Shown here: positions 49,150 to 62,621 of the stretch, one piece after another
Layout of the letters: each line of letters opens with the position of its first letter
Numbering within the stretch: position 1 is the stretch's first letter
Source: Sphyrna mokarran
Lineage: Eukaryota
Length of the DNA: 64,000 bases
Assembly: GCA_024679065.1 (NCBI GenBank)
Contig: JAGIQG010000016.1
Location: forward strand, 2,108,001 to 2,172,000
Reading direction: 5' to 3'
Translations under genes and position numbers: made by a program
Notes under the pieces: generated by a model
Database searches by the model: none
What the model saw: the letters and a program-made list of their open reading frames with translations, nothing else
Told to the model about the DNA's origin: nothing

Positions 49150-50192
49150 GAACATAACATAAGAACATAAGAAATAGGAGCAGGAGTAGGCCATCCAGCC
49201 CCTCGAGCCTGCCCTGCCATTCAATAAGATCATGGCTGATCTGCAGTGGTTGAGTACCATTTTCCTGCTTTCTCTCTGTAACCCTTAATTCCCTTGTCAA
49301 TCAAAAACCTATCCACTCTTGACTTAAATATAATCAGCGAAGAAGCCTCCACCACTTCAACAGGCAGAGAATTCCTAACATTCACCACCCTTTGCTTGGA
49401 GAAATTCCTCCTCAACTCTGATCTGAACCGCATCCTCCCCCCGCCTACCCCCCCTCCCTGTGCCCTCTAGTCCTGCTATCTTTGTTAAACGGGAAGAGTC
49501 TCTCAACCTCTACCCTATCCATCCCCTTTATTATCTTATACGTCTCTATAAGATCCCCTCTCAGCTTTCTAAACTCCAAAGAATACAAACCTAGCCTACT
49601 TAGCCTCTCCTCATAATCCAACGCCCTCATCTCTGGTATCAGCCTAGTAAACCTTCTCTGCACCCCTTCCAAGGCCAATATATCCTTTCTCAAATGCGGC
49701 GACCAAAACTGCACACAGTACTCCAGCTGCGGCCTCACCAGTACCCCATACAGCTGCAAAAGTACCTCTCTACTTTTATATTCTATCCCCCTCGCTATAA
49801 AGGCCAACATTGCATTCGCCTTCTTAATCACCTGCTGCACTTGCCTACTGTGTTTTTGTGACCTCCAGATCCTTTTGCACCATCACATGCTGCAGCTTTT
49901 CGCCATTTAAATAGTAATCCTTCCTCCCGTTATTCCTACCAAAGTGGATAACCTCACACTTGCTAACATTACGCTCCATCTGCCAGGTCCTTGCTAGCTC
50001 ACTGAACTTATCCAGATCCCTCTGCAGATTTTCCACACCCTCCACACAATTTGCTTTTCCATTCATCTTCGTGTTATCAGCAAATTTCGTCACCCTGTAC
50101 TCAGCCCTTTTCTCCAGATCACCTATATAAATAGTAAACATTTGAGGCCTCAGCATCGATCCCTGGGGCACTTCACTAGTCACCAACTGCAT
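49150..50192 (-). mobile_element. CR1 3' fragment (different subfamily)
   Basis: EVPQGSMLRP, KFADNTK, RPQLEYCVQFWSP; TTCTTATG tail. Confidence 0.92.
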
Positions 50193-50539
50193 TGGAACTC
50201 AGATGTTACGTATTGAAATTCATGTCCAACAGATGCTATGAGAATGTAACTTGGGAGAGGTTATGTGACATACCTCCTCAATATTGGATGCAGGATGACT
50301 AGAAATATGACATTTAATTGAAGTTGGAATTCTACCTCAAGGCGACCTCTGTCAATTTGTTCTTCCCAATCCACATGAAATCATCCAGTATTTAATGTTC
50401 TGCCTTCATTATCTCCTGATATATTTTCCATTTACAGTAGAGTTACTATTCGGGGGCCTATACATTACCCCCAGCTTGTGCCCTCTTCCCCTTACTTCTT
50501 TCTTACCTTCAGCCATATAGATTCTACATCTTGAGGTGG

Positions 50540-51160
50540 TGAATGGGGCCTCCTCCTGTTCCTGTTTAACAGTCTCAAGGGACTGAATGGGGCCTCCTCC
50601 TGTTCTTGATTAACAGGCTCAAGGAGAACTGAATGGGGCCTCTTCCTGTTCCTGTGTAACCGGCTGGAGGAGCTGAATGGGGCCTCCTCCTCTTCCTGTG
50701 TAACAGGCTCGAGGGGCTGAGTGGGGCCTCCTCCTGTTCCTGTGTAACAGGCTCGAGGGGCTGAATGGGGCCTCCTCCTGTTCCTGTGTAATAGACTCGA
50801 AGGGCAGAATGGGGCCTCCTCCTGTTCCTGTGTAACAGGCTCGAGGGGGGTGAATGGCCTCCTCTTGTTCCCGTGTAACAGACTTGAGAGGACTGAATAG
50901 TTTCCTCCTGTTCCTGTGTAACTGGCTCAAGGGACTGAATGGGACTTCCTCCTGTTTCTGTGTAACCGGCTCAAGGAGGGCTGAAAGGGACCTCCTCCTG
51001 CTTTGGTGTAACAGGCTTGAGGGGAGTTGATTAGACGTCCTCCTGTTCCTGTGTAACAGGCTCGAGGGGCTGAATGGGGCCTCCTTCTGTTCCTGTGTAA
51101 CAGGCTCGAAGGGCAGAATGGGGCCTCCTCCTGTTCCTGTGTAACAGGCTCAAGGAATGA
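50540..51160 (+). repeat. ~43-bp satellite array (about 14 copies)
   Basis: Same unit as 44.9/46.1 kb. Confidence 0.9.
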
Positions 51161-51259
51161 ATGTTCTATGGGAACAAGAAGAGGATGACCATTGGAAATG
51201 AGAGTATAAATGTCATTATTATTTAAAGTTTATTTTTTATTCTTAGTGTTAAAAGCAGG

Positions 51260-51497
51260 CTTACATTAACATTGCATTGAACTTATTGTGAAGGTCCCCT
51301 AGTCGATATTCCAGCATCTGTTTGGATACACCTAAACATCTTGTGTTTGGAACTGTGGGAGGAATCTGGAGTACCCTGGCAGAAACCCACACAGAAACGA
51401 GGAGAACGTGCAGACTCTGCACAGACAGTGACCTAAGTCGAGAATCGAAGCCAGGTCCTTTGCATTGTGAGGCAGCAATGCTAACCACTGTGCCACT
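51260..51497 (-). mobile_element. tRNA-derived SINE (similar copies at ~59610-59835 and ~63530-63918)
   Basis: Minus strand GTGGCACAGTGGTTAGCATTG...GGCTTCGATTC. Confidence 0.8.
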
Positions 51498-52699
51498 CCT
51501 GATTTCACCGAATAACCTCACCGGGTAATGAAATTCATATTTAATCAGCTCCACGGGGAGGAAACAATTATACAAATTATTATTAATAATGTTCTTCCCT
51601 ATGATTGTAGCAATTTAGTGGCACAGTGTGAACACAGTTTTTCAAAGATTGACCACAGGCAAGACAGGGCAATGCCATTCGCCTGCATTTTGGCTTTTAT
51701 AGTACAAAGACTGCAAATTTAGTTGTGTAGTGTGCTTTTGTCCACAAAAAGTTACTTGGAAGTTCTGATGCATATTATGCATGGTAGCTAATCAACATGG
51801 AGATTTTTGCATCTCATCAAGTGTATTTTCTTTAGGCAAGTTCTGTGTGACGATTCAGTGCAAATTGCTTTTTGCTCCATGGGAAATCTCTAATTGTTCT
51901 TCCCATGAGGCTCATTGAATACAAGTTTCTTTACCAGGAGAGATTCTCAGGTGGAGTTGGGTTTACAGGGAAGGGGGCAGTTTCCTTACTTCTGTTAGCT
52001 TCCTGGTCACTTCACAGCCATGCTAAGGTGACTATTCTACAAAATGGGACCTTTACAAAATGCCGCATCATCTCCTGAATAAGACATCAACACTTCAAAC
52101 ATCCCTCCTGCCATCTGTGGTTCTTAGTTTTTGCCTGGCAAAAGGCATATTTATATTCTTACAATTAGATGTCAACAGAAATTCCTTTGTGTCTATCGAG
52201 AGCCCAGGAATCCACAATTAAATAAAGGATTGTCCTTTGTCCTCTCAGAAGACCTAGTCTGAATCCGCAATTCTGTCTGGTAGCTTGGAGACATTTGGAA
52301 CACTCTCTCACTCAGTCCAAGTTTAAAAATGTAATACCATAACTGCGTAAGACTGACTGAAGTCATTCTGCTGCACCACTCCTGGAGCAGTCCTACAGGG
52401 CTCCATTTCCAATGCAGCTGCCATTATTCTGCCCCAGAACCAGTTTCTGTGTGAATTTTAGAAAAATAGCTCAAATTGTAGAAAGATGGGAAGAGGAGTT
52501 TAACTTCTGATGTCCTGCATCCATCAATGAAGAAGCAATTAAAGTGGAGGTGATGGTGTAGTGGTGTTATTACCAGACTATTATTCCAAAAACTCAGCTA
52601 ATATTCTGTGGACCTGGGTTCAAATCCTGCCACGGCAGATGATGGAATTTGAATTCCTATCTGGAGTTAAGAATCTACTAAATCGGTTGCCAGAATGTC

Positions 52700-55600
52700 G
52701 CCTATCCCACCAGAGGCCTAAACATCCTTGACCACTGCTAGACAAACATCAAACATGTTTTATTACCCATCCACTAAACTGTGCTCCTGCTCCCAGCTTA
52801 CAAGCAAAAATTGAAGCAGGAGAATCCGATAAGGAAAGTCGTACAATGTCCGCCTGAGGAATCAAATGATCTCCTATGGGATTGCTATAAGTCAATGGAC
52901 TGGCCAATATTTAAGAACTCAGTGATAGGCCTGAACAAGTGCACCACTATAATAACAGACTTCATTAGTCAGTGCGTTGAAGACTATATGCCAAAGAATC
53001 AAATCAGTGTATTTCCAACCAAATAAACTGCTTACTGAAATCCAGGCTTGAAGCGTTCAAGTCAAGTGACCTTGACCTATATAAAAAATCCAGACATGAT
53101 CTACAGTGAACCATTAAAGATGCCACGAGACAGTACAGAACCAATCTAGAGTCCCAGGCTAGCCACATAAACATCCTCCAATTATAGCAAGTTCTGCAAG
53201 ATCTACCAGACCACAAAATGAAGGCATGTCAAATCGCCAGCAAAAATGCACCCCTCTCCAATGAACTCAATGCATTCTATGCCCATTTTGAGCAAGAGGT
53301 CAGCAAGAGGACTTGCTGAAGTTTCAACCGAACTGGTATCTGAGATCACCATTGCAAACATCAGATCAGCCTTCATAAAAGTTAACCATCAGAAAGCGAC
53401 AGACTCGGAAGAGGTACGTTGACGAGCACTCAGATCCTGCATGGACCAGCTGGCAGGGGTATTCACAGACATCTTTAACTTCTGCTTACACCAATCTGAA
53501 GTTTCAACCAGATTCACAAGATTACCATCATCCCTGTTCCAAAGAAAAGCCAGATAGCATGCCTTAATGACTATCGCTCAGTGGCTCTGAAATCCATCAT
53601 TATGAAGTGCTTCAAAAGGTTAGGCTGGATCCACCAACTCTGGTCTACCAGATTGCCTGGATCCATTACAGTTCACTTTACTGCAACAGCAGGCTCCATC
53701 TTCCTGCCTCTACACTCAAACCTGGAATATCTGGATAGCAAGGCTACTTATCTCAGACTCCTATTTATTGACTACAGCTCAGCCTTCAACACCATTATCC
53801 CAAAAAAACCATCTCCAAACTCTGTGGCCTAGAACTTGTCTCCTCCTTCTGGATTCTAGACTTCGTAACTCCCAGACCACAATCAATAAGGACAGGCAAT
53901 GACACCTCCTCCACAATTATCCTCAACACTGGGGCTCTGTAAGGCTGCATTTTCAGCCCCTACTATACTCCATATGCACTTATGACTGTGGCCAAATTCC
54001 CCTCCAACTTCACTTTCAAGTTTGCTGATGACACCATTATAGTGGGTTGGATCCCAAACAATGACAGAACAGTGTACAGGAAAGAGATAGAGAATCTGGT
54101 GAAATGATGCAACAACAATAATCTCACCGTCAATGTCAGCAAAACTTAGGAGATTGTCAGCAACTTCAGGAGGCATAGTGGAGAAATGCCCCTGTCTATA
54201 ATGCCAATGATGATATAGAGGTGGGTGAGACCCTCAAATTTCCAAGTGTCCAAACCGTCCTAGTCCCTTCAAGCTCATGCTATAGGTAAGAAAGCCCACA
54301 ATGTCTGTACTTCCTCAGGAGGCTAAGGAACTGTCACCAGTTTTTATTGATGTACTATAGAAAGCATCCTTTCTAGATGTCATAGATTCATAAAGGTTTA
54401 CAGCATGGAAAGAGGCCCTTCGACCCAACTTGTCCATGCCGCCCATTCTTTTGAAAACCCAATTGCCCTCATTTGGCATATCCCTCTGTACACATCTTAG
54501 CCATGTAACTGTCTAAATGCTTTTTGAAAGACAAAATTGTACCCACTTCTATTACTACTTCTGACAGCTTGTTCCAGACACTCACCACCCTTTGCGAGAA
54601 AAAAGTTGCCCCTTTGGACCCTTTTGTATCTCTCTCTTCTCACCTTAAACCTATGCCCTCTAGTTTTAGACTCCCCTACCTTTGGGAAAAGGTATTGACT
54701 ATCTAGCTGATCTGTGCCCTTCATTATTTTATAGATCTCTATAAGACTACCCCTCAGCCTCCTACGCTTCAGGGAAAAAAGTCCCAGTCTATCCAGCCTC
54801 TCCTTATAACTCAAACGATCAAGTCCTGGTAGCATCCTAGTAAATCTTTGCTGCACTCTTTCTAGTTTAATAATATCCTTTCTATAATAGGATGATCAGA
54901 ATTGCACACAGTATTCCAAGTGTGGCTTTACCAATGTCTTGTACAACTTCAACAAGACGTCCCAACTCCTTTAGTCAATGCTCTGACCGATGAAACCAAG
55001 CATGCTGAATGCCTTCTTCACCACTCTGTCCACCTGTGACTCCACTTTCAGGGAGCTATGAACATGTATCCTGAGATCTCTTTGTTCTGTAACTCTTCCC
55101 AATGCCCTACCACTAACTGAGTAAGCCCTGCCCTGGTTCAGTCTACCAAAATGCATCACCTCACATTTATCTAAATTAAACTCCATCTGCCATTCGTCAT
55201 CTCACTGCCCAATTGATTAAGATACTGTTGCAATCTTAGATAACCTACTTCACTGTCCACTATGCCACCAATTTTGGTGTAATCTGCAAATTTACTAACC
55301 ATGCCTCCTATATTCTGATCCAAATCATTAATATAAATGACAAATAACAGTGGACCCAGCACTGATCCCTGAGGCACACCGCTGGTCACAGGCCTCCAGT
55401 TGGAAAAACAACTCTCTACAACCACCCTCTGGCTTTGGTCAAAAAAACAATTTTGTATCCATTTAGATAGCTCCCCCTGAATCCCCTGAGATTTAACATT
55501 ATGCAACAACCTACTATGTGGTATCTTGTCAAAAATCTCGCAGAAGTCCATGTGGACAACATCAACTGCCCTGCCCTCATCTACTCCTTGGTTACCTCTT

Positions 55601-57600
55601 CAAAAAATTCAGTCAAGTTTGTGAGACATGATTGTCATTCACAAAGCCATGCTAACTGTCCCTAATCAGACTTGCTTCTCTAAATGTCAGTAGATCCTGT
55701 CTCTCAAAATACCTTCCAACAACTTACCCACCACAGATGTGAGGCTCACTGGCCTGTAGTTCCCAGGTTTTTCCTGCAGCCCTTTTTAAACAAAAACATA
55801 ATACTTGTCACTCTGCAATCTTCAGGCACCTCACCTGGGACTATTGGTGATTCACATATCTCTGCCAGGGGACCTGCGATTTCCTCCCTAGCCTTCCATC
55901 ATGTCCTGCAATATACTTCATCAGGTCCCGAGGATTTACCTACCTTGATGCGCTTTAAAATTTCAGCATCTCTTTCTCTGTATTGTGTATGCTACACAAG
56001 ACATCACTGTTTACTTTCCCAAGATCCCTAATATTTATACTTTTCTCAACCAGTAAATACTGATGAGAAATATTAATTTAGGATCTCACCCATCTCTTGT
56101 GGATCTGCATATAGATGACCATGTTCATCCTTAAGAGGACCTAATTTCTCTCTTGTTACTCTTTTGCCCTCTATGTACTTCTAGAAGCTCTTTGGATTCT
56201 CCTTTGCCTTGTCTGCCAAAACAATCGGGGGTCCCCTTTTTGCTCTCTTGACTTCTCTCTGAACTCTACTGCTACACCCTCTATACTCTTCAAGACATTT
56301 ATTTGATTCCAGCTGCCTGTGCTGGTCATGTACCTCTTTTTCCTTCTTGATCAAGGCCTCAGTAACCCGAGTCATCTAGGGTTCCCTATTTCTGCCAGCC
56401 TTGCTCTTCATTCTCAGAGGAATGTGCTTACTCTGAACCCTGGTTAACACACTTCTGAAAGCCTCCCACTTACCAGAGATGCCTTTGCCTCCCCATAGAT
56501 TCCCCCAATTAATTTTTGAAAGTTCCTGCCTGATACCATCAAAGTTGGTCTTGTCCCAATGTAGAATTTTAACCTTTGGGCTGGATCAACCATTCTCCAT
56601 GGCTATCTTAAAACAAATACAATAATAGAAAGTGATCCCTCATTAACACTTTTGTCACCTGCCCTTCCTTATTTCCCCCAAGGAGGTCAAGTTTTGCCCC
56701 CTCTCAGGTCGGGCAATCCTCATACTGAATGAGAAATTCTTCCTGAATACAGTCAACAAATTTCTCTCTATCCAACTCTCTAATATTAGGGCTGTCCCAG
56801 TCAATGTTGGGAAAGTTAAAACCTCCTACTTTTACCACCCTATTTTTCATGGAGCTATCTGTAATCTCCTTATATATTTGCTCCTCAATTTCCCACTAAC
56901 TATTTGGGGTCCTATAGTACAACCTTATCAAAGTGATTTCAGTGTGTCACAATTTGATATGGCTCCTGCTCTGACCAAGACCGCAAGCAACTACAATAAA
57001 GGCAAAATACTGCAGCTGCTGGGATCTGACACTTCAACAGAAAATGCTGGGAAATCTCAGCATGTCTGACAGCATCTGTGGAGAGAAAACGGAGCTAACG
57101 TTTTGAATTTAGATCACTCTCCACAAATGCTGTCAGAGCTGCTGAGATTTTACAGCATTTTCTATTTTCGTGCCACAACAAACTACAAATGGTCGTGAAT
57201 GTAGCCCAATGCATCACGCAAACCAACCTCCGATTCATTGACTCTGTATATACTTCCTGCTGCCTCAACAAAGCAGCCAGCATAATCAAGGACACCATGC
57301 ACTCCAGACATTCTTTCTTCCATCTTCTCCCAGGAAAAAAAATACAAAAGTCTTTGATTGCATACCAACCAACTCAAGAACAGCTTCTTCTCTGCTGCCA
57401 TCAAACTTTTGAATGGCCCTGCCTTATATTAAGTTGATCTTTCTCTACACCATAGCTATGACTGTAACACTACATTCTGCACTCTCTTCTTTCTTTCTCC
57501 TCTATATACTCAGTGCACAGTATGTCTTGTCTGTGTAGCGCAAGAAAGAATACTTTTCACTGAATCCCAATACATGTGACAATAATAAATCAAATCAAAT
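52700..57600 (+). mobile_element. Decayed Rex1/Babar-like LINE interrupted by a minus-strand CR1 (54381-56940) and a small palindromic insert (56997-57180)
   Basis: ALKSIIMKCFKRL, LFIDYSSAFNTIIP, KFADDT; host resumes at ~56945; CR1 has SGVPQGSVLGPLLF. Confidence 0.85.
56997..57180. mobile_element. Palindromic insert of a second Penelope-like end family
   Basis: AGAAAATGCTG..AATCTCAGCA..TCTGACAGCATCTGTGGA inverted as TCCACAAATGCTGTCAGA..TGCTGAGATT..CAGCATTTTCT; AACTACAA repeated at 56989-56996 and 57181-57188; related single copy ~62940-63085. Confidence 0.65.
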
Positions 57601-60600
57601 GTTCAAGAAGTCAGCTCACCATCACCTTCTCAAGGGCAGCTAGGAATGGGCAATAAATGCTGACCAGCCAGCGACACCATGACCCATGAGTGTTTTTTTT
57701 TAAAAAGATTGACAAAATGCCATGTCATCAAGATGGCCCACCCTAAAAGGAGAATTGCAATCAAACTCCAATCTCACAGCAAAGCTGCAGGAGCTGATGC
57801 TATTCCAGCCAATGTTAACGAAGCCAGGTCAAGAAACTCACTGAATCGATTCAGTCAGTGTGGAGAAAAGGAACCATCCCACAAGAATGCAACAATGTCT
57901 CCATTGTCCATCTGTACAAGCAGAAAAGAACTCACCAATCTTGCTGCTTTCCATTGCTAGCAAAATCTTCATGCGAATCTTTCTGAACTGCTTGAGACAA
58001 CACCTTGACCAGATGTCCTGATGGTGAAAGGTGCTATAGAAGTGTAATCTTTCCTTTGTTTTTAGACACTGAGTGACAGAATGTGTTGTTAAGACAGATA
58101 ACCTAAAGTTGGTCATAGAGGGAGGTTTTATGGAGCGTTGTAAAGGAGGAGAAAGAGAGAGAGAGAGAGAGATGGTTTAAGGGGGTGAATTCTAGAGATT
58201 AGGACCCCAGGAAGCTAAAAGCATTGCCACCAATGGAGGAGCAATGGGTATCAGGCGACATTCAAGAGGCTGGAATTGGAGGAGGACAGGGATCTTGGAA
58301 GATTGTAAGGGGTTGGAGGAGGTTACAGTGAGAGGGTGGGTTGTAAGAGCTGGTGGAAATTAAATATAAGGAGAATCTGAGGCTGGAAGAGTTTACAGTA
58401 ATAGGGAGGGCTGCAGGTGCTGATGGAGATTACAGAGACGGGGAAGATTGTAGGGGCTGGAAGATGTTCCAGAGTTAGGGAGGGTTGTAGGCACTGGAGG
58501 AGATTACAGTTCGGGTTGTAGAGGCTGGAGAAGGTTATAGAGATAGGGAGGATTGTGGGAGCTGGCAGAGGTTACAGAGATAGAGAGGGTTCTAGGAGCT
58601 GAGTGAGGTTGGACAGATAGGGAAGCTTGTAGGTATTGGAGTGCTATTGAAGACCAGGAGGATTGTAGGGGTTAAGGAGAAGTAGGGATGATACTAAATG
58701 TTGCAATGGTGTTTATTACAGAATGTGCCTGTCAAGCAATTATCCATAGACCTCTGTATGTTAACAGCAAATCTTTATTAACTGCCTTTATTAACAATAT
58801 AGATGTATACAGGAAAGGATACAGGAAAGCAACTATTCCCATGACTTGATCTCAACATATCTTAATGCAACATCACAGTGACTCTGGACAAGATTTTACT
58901 GCTCAAGTGGGACCAAAGATTCCCACACAAGTTCAACAGACATTTCCATTGTCTACTTCTGGCCTACTCTGATTGTGTGGCAAGCGGGGCGGTAGAATTC
59001 TGAGCCTAGGTCTGCCTCATGTGCTGACTGACATCATTGTGTAGTTCTGTACTCTGTCCCCCATTAAGTCTGTGTGTACCAGACCCTTTCACTATACCTC
59101 CACTCCTAGTCCTTATCCCACTGATATGGAATCACATTAGTTTACTTCAAGCCTTACATTTTTATAAGGCTTATGAATTTATCTGAGTCTTACAACCCTA
59201 ATGATAGCCTAACATTATTGCTGTTATAGTATTGTATTAACAATATTTTCAATGCCCCATCTCCTCCCCCACCCCTCCCTTCAAGTCCAAGAAGTTAGGG
59301 CTTCAGGTGGTCCAGAGACCTTAATGCCCCTTTGACATCTCGTTCATTGTTCTGTAAGGAGTGATAGGCTCTATGGATTCTGCTATTTGTTTGCTTGGTG
59401 GTATTGTGAGAAGAAAAAATGGGATGGGGACAAGGGTTGCATTTTTGAGGGAAGGGTTGATTACAATAAATTTGGAGACAGGGACCATACATATACACAC
59501 ACACACGAGAACCTTTGACAATTTTAGATAAAATGTAGACTGGCAGGGAAGATTATATGGTCAGCAGTTTTGTGGCTGTCACAGACAAGATATGTTCAAT
59601 GACACATCTTTGAACTCTAAGGGGGCAATTTAGCATGGCCAATCCACATAATCTGCTCATCTTTGGACACAAAGGGGCAATTTACCTTGGCCAATCCACC
59701 TCACCTGCATATCTTTGGAGTATAGAGGAAACCAGAACACTCAGAGGAAACTGACACAGACGCAGGGAAAACACACAAACTACACTCAATGACCCGAGAC
59801 CAGAATTAAATCCGGATCCCTGATGCTGTGAGGCCTTATAGCCACAATACTTACATAGCTAGTCTAGATCAACTTCTGGACAATAGTAATTCCAGGATAT
59901 TGGTAGAGGGGGATTCAGTGATGGTAACACCATTGAATATAAAGGAGAGATGATTAGACATTCTTTTGTTGAAGATGGCCATTGCCTGGCATTTATGTGG
60001 CACAAATGTTACTTTCCACTTCTCAGCTCATACCTGGATATTGTCCAGGTCTTGATGCATTCAGATATGAACTGCTTCAGGATCTGAGGAATCACAAAAG
60101 ATGCTGAACATTGGGTAATCGTCAATGAATATCCCCACTTCTGACTTCACAATGGAAAGATCATTGAAGAAGCAACTGAAGATGGTTGAGGCCTCAGACA
60201 CTACCTTGAGAAACTCTCCCCTGATGAGACAGAGAAGAGGAGGACATGTCTTGGGCAGGGGGAGATGTGGGTATCAATAAAACTTAGCCCAATGAATAAG
60301 TGAAAGGGAAAGAACTGACATGAAATTGAATTTGTCCGTTCTGTCCAGATGGATCATCGATCAATGCCAAAAGACATTTCCAATCAGAATGGAGAGAAAT
60401 TTTCCAGCAGTAAGGGACAACCCTGAAGGAAGAGAGACAAGCTAAAACACAGAGAATCATCTCAGAGAAATCATTTCAAAGATATCAGATCATAGCAAGA
60501 AGTTTAAAGTTGGTTCATGGGTCTGAGACTCTGTGGACTTCTGGAAAGTAAATTGGAGTTTTGAATGATTCTCAAGCTCTGTGTTTTCCCCACACAGCTG

Positions 60601-60620
60601 GTGTCTCTTTCTGGCTGAGT

Positions 60621-60737
60621 TTACATATTCCCATAAATAGCATCCTGAGAAAAGTCACAGTTCGCATAAAGACTGTCTTCTGGGTCAGGACTGAAGCTAT
60701 GATTAGATTCCATTTGCAGAACTTTCTCCTCTTTCTT
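60621..60737 (-). CDS. Siglec-like receptor B (paralogue), last coding exon: KKEEKVLQMESNHSFSPDPEDSLYANCDFSQDAIYGNM*
   Basis: TTTCTATTACAG acceptor, 117 nt, colinear with 17868-17752; 3' UTR also homologous. Confidence 0.88.
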   Translation of the reverse strand, partial: KKEEKVLQMESNHSFSPDPEDSLYANCDFSQDAIYGNM

Positions 60738-60829
60738 CTGTAATAGAAACAGAAATGATCAGAGAGATAATCAGAGTGATCTGTGTTTAGTATAATTGAT
60801 CCAAATTGAAACTTCCAACCACACTAGAC

Positions 60830-61160
60830 ACCCATTAGTGACTCTGAACGGGGTCCCATTAGTGACTCTGAACGGGGTCCCATTAGTGACACTGAACGGG
60901 ATCCCATTAGTGACTCTGAACGGGGTCCCATTAGTGACTCTGAACGGGGTCCCATTAGTGACTCTGAACGGGGTCCCATTAGTGACTCTGAACGGGGTCC
61001 TATTAGTGACTCTGAACGGGATCCCATTAGTGACTCTGAACGGGATCCCATTAGTGACTCTGAACGGGATCCCATTAGTGACTCTGAACGGGATCCCATT
61101 AGTGACTCTGAACGGGATCCCATTAGTGATTCTGAACAGGGTTCGATTATTGATCCTGAC
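60830..61160. repeat. 24-bp minisatellite (CCCATTAGTGACTCTGAACGGGGT/AT), about 13 copies
   Basis: Near-perfect tandem units in last intron of receptor B. Confidence 0.95.
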
Positions 61161-61611
61161 AGAGCTTGCTTATTCATGCTGAATGTGGTTGGCGATGTCA
61201 ATTTTTGAGTTGCGTTTGGGTTTGCTAACCATCATACAGTCGTGACTGGAGCAACCACATCGATAACCAAGCAACTGTCCATGTGAAAGGCTCAGTAGCC
61301 TATGGTGTGTGACTCACCTTCTGATGACTCAGAGTCCCTGTTACCTCCCAGTTTTTAAAAGAAGGACGTTGATATTCATAGATTTGATGGTTCCTTTTGA
61401 TTTCCTGTTTCCCATTGCCTTTCTTCTGCAAATAGAAATGAATATAGAAGAGTAACAATCAACACCAGGTTTAAGTCCAACCGATTTATTTGATAATAAA
61501 CTCGCAAGCTTTTGAAGTTTGCCCCTTCGCCTGACTCAGTTTATAAAGTCACAACATCAGTAAAGGACAATGTTGGTCCTGGAAGTGAATTCCAATATTT
61601 CCATTACTTAC

Positions 61612-61696
61612 CAAGGACCTGTCGATCTGTTCATCTGGGGAGTAACTGCTGACACACTCTGCTTGGGCTGCATGTCCTGTTCTTGTGCTGCTCCCT
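61612..61696 (-). CDS. Siglec-like receptor B, cytoplasmic exon (85 nt): (K)GSSTRTGHAAQAECVSSYSPDEQIDRSL
   Basis: AAACAG acceptor, GTAAGT donor, phases 2/0. Confidence 0.86.
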
Positions 61697-62524
61697 CTGT
61701 TTAATTAGAAAATGTTAATGTGTCACTGTGAACTTCAAATGAGTAACTGGGCTACAAGTGAAAAGCCTTTTATTGGAATGTCTTGCACCATGAGCATAAT
61801 GTTAACCCTTTGTGTGCTGACGCTGTGACGTGATTCCAGTGTAAAGCTGGGCAGTCGTTGACAGAATTTTCTTTCACTGCTCACTCCAGTTATGAAGGTG
61901 GATTTTTGGAAGGAGCAGATCTTGCTCAGCATTGGTTACAAATGTAGTATCTGGACAATGTGTAAGAGAACGAGAGAGAGAATGAGAAGGAGAGCAGTAT
62001 TGAAGAAAGGAGAGTGAGTGAGACAGAGAAAATGGAAAGGGTTTGCATCCACTGAAATACCTAGGATAGAAAGAGTTGCATTTACATAACCCCTTTCACA
62101 ACCTCAGGACCTTGCTAGATACTTTATAGTTCAGATACTGATTGAACACTGTACTGTTAGACAAGATATTTGACCATAACATTAAAACAAATGTTCTTAT
62201 AAAAAATCCCATAGCCACTATTTGGGAGAGGAATTGGTGGGGTGGTGCTGGGGGAAAGAGTTCTCCCACATGTTCTAAGGTCAAAATGTATCCTGAAACC
62301 AACATCACTGAATAAACATGATCTGCTTCACGGTCATTTTGCTGTCTGTAGGAGCTTGCTATGCACAAATTAGCTGCTACTTTTCCTACATTATGAGACG
62401 GGAAAAGCATGTCAACAGGTTTGATGTCCTATGGGATGTGAAAAGTGCTTTCAAAATTTAAATTACTTCTACAGAGAGAGAAATGAACATTCTCAAAAAT
62501 ATTAAATTAAACCCTTGCACTTAC

Positions 62525-62621
62525 TTTCTCACACATTTGAGGATGAGGAGTCCACTCAGTCCAGCACACAACAAGATTCCACCTCCAAGCAATCCTACTT
62601 TCCACTGATTGGAAACTTGAT
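62525..62621 (-). CDS. Siglec-like receptor B, transmembrane exon (97 nt): QVSNQWKVGLLGGGILLCAGLSGLLILKCVR; Ig exons expected beyond the right edge
   Basis: TTTTTACAG acceptor, GTAAGT donor; homologous to 23017-22921. Confidence 0.9.
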
